Assembly: GCA_964019425.1 (NCBI GenBank)
Contig: OZ025781.1
Span: 1,302,001-1,366,000, forward strand
Source: Flectonema sp. DT1601
Lineage: Eukaryota
DNA: 64,000 nt
Reading direction: 5' to 3'
Under the pieces are notes generated by a model. That model saw nothing but the letters and a program-made list of their open reading frames with translations, was not told the origin of the DNA and did not search any database. Position numbers and translations under genes: made by a program. Below, piece after piece: positions 58,971-64,000 of this stretch. How positions within the stretch are numbered: position 1 is the first letter of the stretch; the number at the start of each line of letters is the position of its first letter.

Positions 58971-61900
58971 ATGGCTTTGCAATCTCTCTCAAGGAACAAG
59001 TTCCTTATAATGGGAATAGTTGGACTTTTAATAATTTTATTATCAAGAAGGGGAAAAGGTGGTAAGAAATCAATTAAAAAAGGAGATTCACAACAGAGAA
59101 AAAGATCATCTGGAGACAAAGGAGCAGTCAGCGCCATTTGGAAGATGCTGTGTCCAAAACTAACTAGTTTTGAGATGGAAGGGGGAGGTTGGCAGTTATT
59201 TGGTATCCTCATTCTCTCTCTCTTACGAATTGGTATTATGAACAAGACCAGTAGGATAGTACAAGCCTTAGATAAGAATGCTATGACTAGAAACCAAACG
59301 GAGTTCTGGCACTTTTGGAAACAACAATTGTACATGGGAATAGTAGCCTGCCTTCACAGACAGACTTACAAATATGTTGAAAACAGCTTGGCAGTTGCTT
59401 GGAGAGAAAAAATAACACACAAAATTCATAGGAGCTATTTCCGTAACAAGAACTACTACACTCTAGCTCAGAAGGGTGCTCATGGAGGAAGTGGTGTTGG
59501 TGCTATTGCTGACCCTGATGAGAGAATTTGTGAAGATGCGAAGGATGTCGCAACCCAGCTAGCTCACGTCTTCTGTGAAGGTATCTACGCATCGACTGCC
59601 GGAACTTTTTTTGCCTTTAAACTAGGACAGTTCTACGGAATGCAATATGCCCTAGCTCCTTACATCTACTTATGGACTATGGTTGTTGTTACGAAAACTG
59701 TTGCTCCTATGCGTGTTGGAAAGTGGATATCAGAGACCAAGGGACTCTTCGCTTCATACACACAAGCACACACAGCATTAACAACTAATCAAGAAGCAAT
59801 CGCTGCACTTGGAGGGGCTGAGTTCGAAGAACAAACACTACTCACAAGGTTTAAAGCAGCTATTAGAAAAGCAAAACAATTTCACAAGGCTGTTGTGTGG
59901 CCAACTTTCACTGAACAGTTGGCATTTTCCTGGTTATTGAGATCTTTCATGGCCTCGTTTATTATCGCTCCTCACGTATTGTTACAAAAGAACAAACTTG
60001 ATTTGACAAACCTGAAAGCCATCGCAAAGCTGAAAGGTGACATCGGCTATCAATTCGTTCTATTTGTACAGTCGATGATTGCTGCTGGAACAACAGCAAA
60101 GATTCTAAAACAATTAGATAGAATTTCAGGTTCTGCGATTCGCGTTAAACAGCTGGTGTCTTTCATCGATGCGACACCTTCTGAAGAACAGCATGACGAC
60201 GTTCTTCACGGAGATCGAATTGAGTTTTCAAATGTTGATATCTATACACCGTCACCAACAGATGATGAAGGAACTCTTCTTGTCAAGGATTTGTCTTTCA
60301 CTTTGAAAAAGGGATCGTCTTTGTTATTAACTGGACACAATGGAGCTGGAAAGTCTTCGATTTTTAGATGTCTTGGTGGACTTTGGAAATCAAAATCCGG
60401 ATCAATTATGAAGCCAGGAAGTGGTGATGGTCTTCATGAACGAGGTGGAGTATATTACCTTCCTCAGAAACCTTATAATGTTAATGGGACATTGATTGAA
60501 CAATTGTGTTATCCTGAAGAGGTTGAAATTATATCATCAGAAAGAGAGGAAATGTTCACAAGAATCCTCCGTGAAGTTGACCTCGAATATTTAATTAACC
60601 GATTTGGTACTAACAATGTAGTGAACTGGGATACAGTTCTCTCATTAGGAGAGATGCAGAGATTAGCAATAGCCAGATTGCTTTATCACGAACCGGCATT
60701 CGCTATTTTAGATGAATGCACATCTGCTGTCAGCGGTGAAATGGAAAGAAGACTTTACGAGAAGGTATTGAGAGATTCAAAAACAGCTTACATCACGATA
60801 AGTCACAGACCAGCACTTAAAGCTTATCATAATCAAATGCTTACTATCGGTCTTGGAGAGGGGAAGTACCTCCTTCAGAATATCTCAAAATCTGATCACA
60901 AGAATGAGGTTTCAAGAACTCATGTCACCCACAAACCAGATTCTAATAAAAAAGATGCGGTTGCTATTTCTACACCAAAAGTGAAGAAGGTTCCATCCAA
61001 CCAAACAAACAGTGTAGTTCAGAATGAAAGTAAAAACAGAGCTTCCTTCACTGCTTTCGTCAAACTGATCTGCACCGGCATCCCAAATGGAAAGAAGGGA
61101 CGACTGCTAGCCATATCCTTAGCTGTCATGGCTCAGATTGGATGTAAAGTTCAAAGTACTAAACTAATGAGTGACATGATGTCTTCAGTATTTAAACAAG
61201 ACAAAGAGTCACTTATAAAACTAATTGCTCAATCGGTCGCGATGTCCTTCGCTGGAGGAATGGCGGAACAAGTTGTAGCTTACCTTCAACATGACACTGC
61301 GGAGACTATGATTGAAGGACTGACGAAGAATTACCTTCACAGGTATCTCAGAAATAATAATTTTTATAAACTCGTTCAGTTGGATGGTTCCATCGCTGAT
61401 CCTCAACAGAGACTCACTACTGACATGAGAGAATTCACAAATGCTACAGCTGCAATGATTCCAAACGTAGTGACACCTCTATTAGAAATATCCTGGTACG
61501 GTTATCTCATTGCCAACATGATTGACGCTCGTTCAGTAGGAAAGGTAGGACTCTATATGTTATTCGCAACAGCTGCAATCAGAGGAAGTATGCCAGCTTT
61601 TAGGAGTATCATCGCGAGAGAGTCAGAACTTGAAAGTTTACTCAAAGCATCTCACTCCAGAGTCAAACACCACAGTGAGAGTATAGCATTTTACGGTGGT
61701 GGATCCAGAGAGGAAGCTTTAGTTAATAAGAAGTTTAAAACTCTAATGGTTCATTCTCAGAAGAGATTAAATCAAAGTTGGAAATTTGACATCGTTAACG
61801 GAGCGGTAATCAGAGAAGCACCGTTCTGTGTTCAATGGTTACTTCGTAATGAATACAGCAGACGAGTATCTGATGACGCTGTGGTCAGTGATGGTGGTGT

Positions 61901-62835
61901 TGATCTTGGTCGTGCTCAGGCTTTTATATTCGACTCAACGGAAAAGATCTTTTCAAGTATGGGAGAGCTTTTAAAGTTTGCAGAAAATCTCGAATGTATC
62001 TACGGACTTGTTCATCGTCTCACTGAGTTCGATGAAGCACTCAAACAGGTAGAACTGACTTACGGAAGTACTGATGAAATGAAAGCAATTAGTTCAACTG
62101 GAAATATTTCATTAAAGAATATCGACGTTGTGACTCCAACAGGAGCTAACTTAGTCAAGTCGCTTAGTATTGATATTGTTAAGAACTGTTCTTTAATGGT
62201 AACGGGTCGTAATGCTATCGGTAAGACATCATTCTTTAGAGTTCTCAGTGGACTGTGGCCTTGTTCTGTTGGGACTGTGTCTCTTCCAGAGAAGAAGAGA
62301 GATGTGTTTCTTGTTCCACAGCAGGTTTTTATGGTTCTGGGATCCTTGGCAGATCAGATCACATACCCAGACAAGCTACCAACACCACTATCTGAAGAAA
62401 ATAAAACACACTTGTTGTCTCTCTTGACTCTGGTTGGTGTTCCATATCTGATAGACCGTCATTCTTGGGAAGATGCAACCAAACAATGGGTCTACATATT
62501 ATCTCTTGGAGAGCAGCAACGTATAGGAATGGCTAGATTATTCTATCACAAGGTGTGTTGTTATTTTAATTATTACATCTTTTAACCGACTTATCCAGGT
62601 CTAAACTAATAAAAAAAAAAACAAACAGCCAAAATTTGGAATCCTAGATGAATGTACCAGCGCTGTCAGTATTGATGTAGAAAATAAATTATACTCTGAG
62701 GCGAAGAGGTGTGGGATAACAACTGTAACGATCAGTCAGAGATTAGCTTTAACTCAATATCATGATCAGGAGTTAAATTTAAGTGAGGATCATGAAAACG
62801 GATGGCAGGTAACTGATCTACCATCTAGTCAATAA
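58971..62835 (+). CDS. Full-size (TMD-NBD)2 ABCD-family peroxisomal transporter (intron 62553-62628)
   Basis: Two Walker A motifs (GHNGAGKS, GRNAIGKT), two LSLGE signatures, two ILDECTSAVS motifs, EAA-like motifs. Confidence 0.9.
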
Positions 62836-63290
62836 GATTGGCTGTTGTACAGTTATTGATAGCGTCCTGCAGTTTTCATTTTTCAAAAAAAACAAAAAAC
62901 AAAAAACAACGGAATCCACTAAGGGTGCTGCAAAAAAAAAAAAAAAAAAAAACCGACTTCTTTCCTTTCATGACTTTACTACACTTGTAGGTCTTTTTTT
63001 TTTTTTTTTTACTCTTTTTTCTTTTTGACGAAGGACGTTCAGTCCATCATCATCATCTCTTTTTATCGCTTCGATAAGACTGACTCGTATACGTGGCGGT
63101 GACCTCAGACTACACCCTCGTAGGTCATCAGCAAAGCAACGTTGAGTTGAGTTCCCTTTTTTAATATATTTTCAATAAGATATTTACGTCTATCACAGGA
63201 ACCATAACAAAAGTCATTCTTAAAATCTAAAGAAACAGCTGAGTAGATGATCATCAAAAAGTAAAATATTTCAATCCAACAGGTACTTCA

Positions 63291-64000
63291 ATGGAATTAC
63301 TAGGGTTGGTCCTATCCCCTGCTATCAACACCGCAAGGAGGCATATCCGATCTCTCGCTAATATAGAGTCGCCTGGGTCATCTGATGGTTTTCGTGTGGC
63401 AATGCAGTTTGTGGCTTTAAAATGTCTTTGTCAAAACGATCACATCCAAGACGCTGTTGAGAAAATACAACAAAAAGAATTCCTGGCATCGAAAAGTTGG
63501 ATCGAACAAGCGATAACGGCCCTCGGACAAAACAATCACGAAAGAGTAAAACTCTGTATGCAACGGGCAGAGGAAGAAGCTCAAAAGGCTAAACACGCTT
63601 TGAACTGTAAAACAACAGAACAATGCCGCCAGCTACTCGACTGCTATTCAATAATAATGACTGCTGGCTACTATGTCGCAAGCAATGGAGGACTTGACAC
63701 CCAATCTGGTATTGCTTGTATCGATGCTTACTACACAGAACTTAAAAGTGATCTTCGAGTAAAAAGAATTCTTTCTAAAGTAGCAAAGTCAGGAGTCTAC
63801 CTAAGTGGTGAAGAAGAACGATTGCTGATGGCGGCGGCGAGATTTGATTGGGAAATAAATTCTAAACCGGCACTGAAATGGGTCACTGAAACAGCCAAAG
63901 ACGGTTGGAAGGCGGGTCTGATACCTGCAGCTTCAACACTTCTTGGGTGTACTGAAATAAGTGGACCATCAAGGCATATTTTGAGAAGATCAGTTCTGCA
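63291..64000 (+). CDS. Hypothetical protein, runs off the window end
   Basis: Frame open from ATG at 63291 (MELLGLVLSPAIN...) to 64000. Confidence 0.65.
   Translation, partial: MELLGLVLSPAINTARRHIRSLANIESPGSSDGFRVAMQFVALKCLCQNDHIQDAVEKIQQKEFLASKSWIEQAITALGQNNHERVKLCMQRAEEEAQKAKHALNCKTTEQCRQLLDCYSIIMTAGYYVASNGGLDTQSGIACIDAYYTELKSDLRVKRILSKVAKSGVYLSGEEERLLMAAARFDWEINSKPALKWVTETAKDGWKAGLIPAASTLLGCTEISGPSRHILRRSVL

Overview
AT-rich eukaryotic nuclear DNA, probably a euglenozoan such as a diplonemid (inferred from an EFL gene, a strictly co-oriented gene block and short GT-AG introns). It has three zones. (1) 1-34.3 kb is a gene-free chain of three related non-coding repeat families (A, A', B). 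They share a covarying GGGC-stem-CAAAA-stem-GYCC hairpin 24-26 nt from a fixed 3' end. All free 3' ends point right, 5' ends are variably truncated or inverted, and B carries an internal hairpin/homopolymer satellite. The chain is invaded by four TIR transposons stacked at one ATAT site and by a 9-bp-TSD MULE-like element holding tRNA-like and LSU rRNA pieces. (2) 34.3-38.4 kb holds decayed mobile-element fragments: a SWIM/MULE piece, a Polinton/adintovirus-like protease-PLA2 pseudogene and a possible DIRS-type RNase H. (3) 39-64 kb is a + strand gene cluster: a secreted repeat protein, EFL, a cNMP-gated channel, TPPP/p25, a multi-CNB protein, RBMX2/Snu17, cytochrome b5 ending in SKL, a Cys-rich secreted protein, a full-size ABCD transporter and two hypotheticals. 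Coordinates were read by eye and repeat boundaries are approximate.
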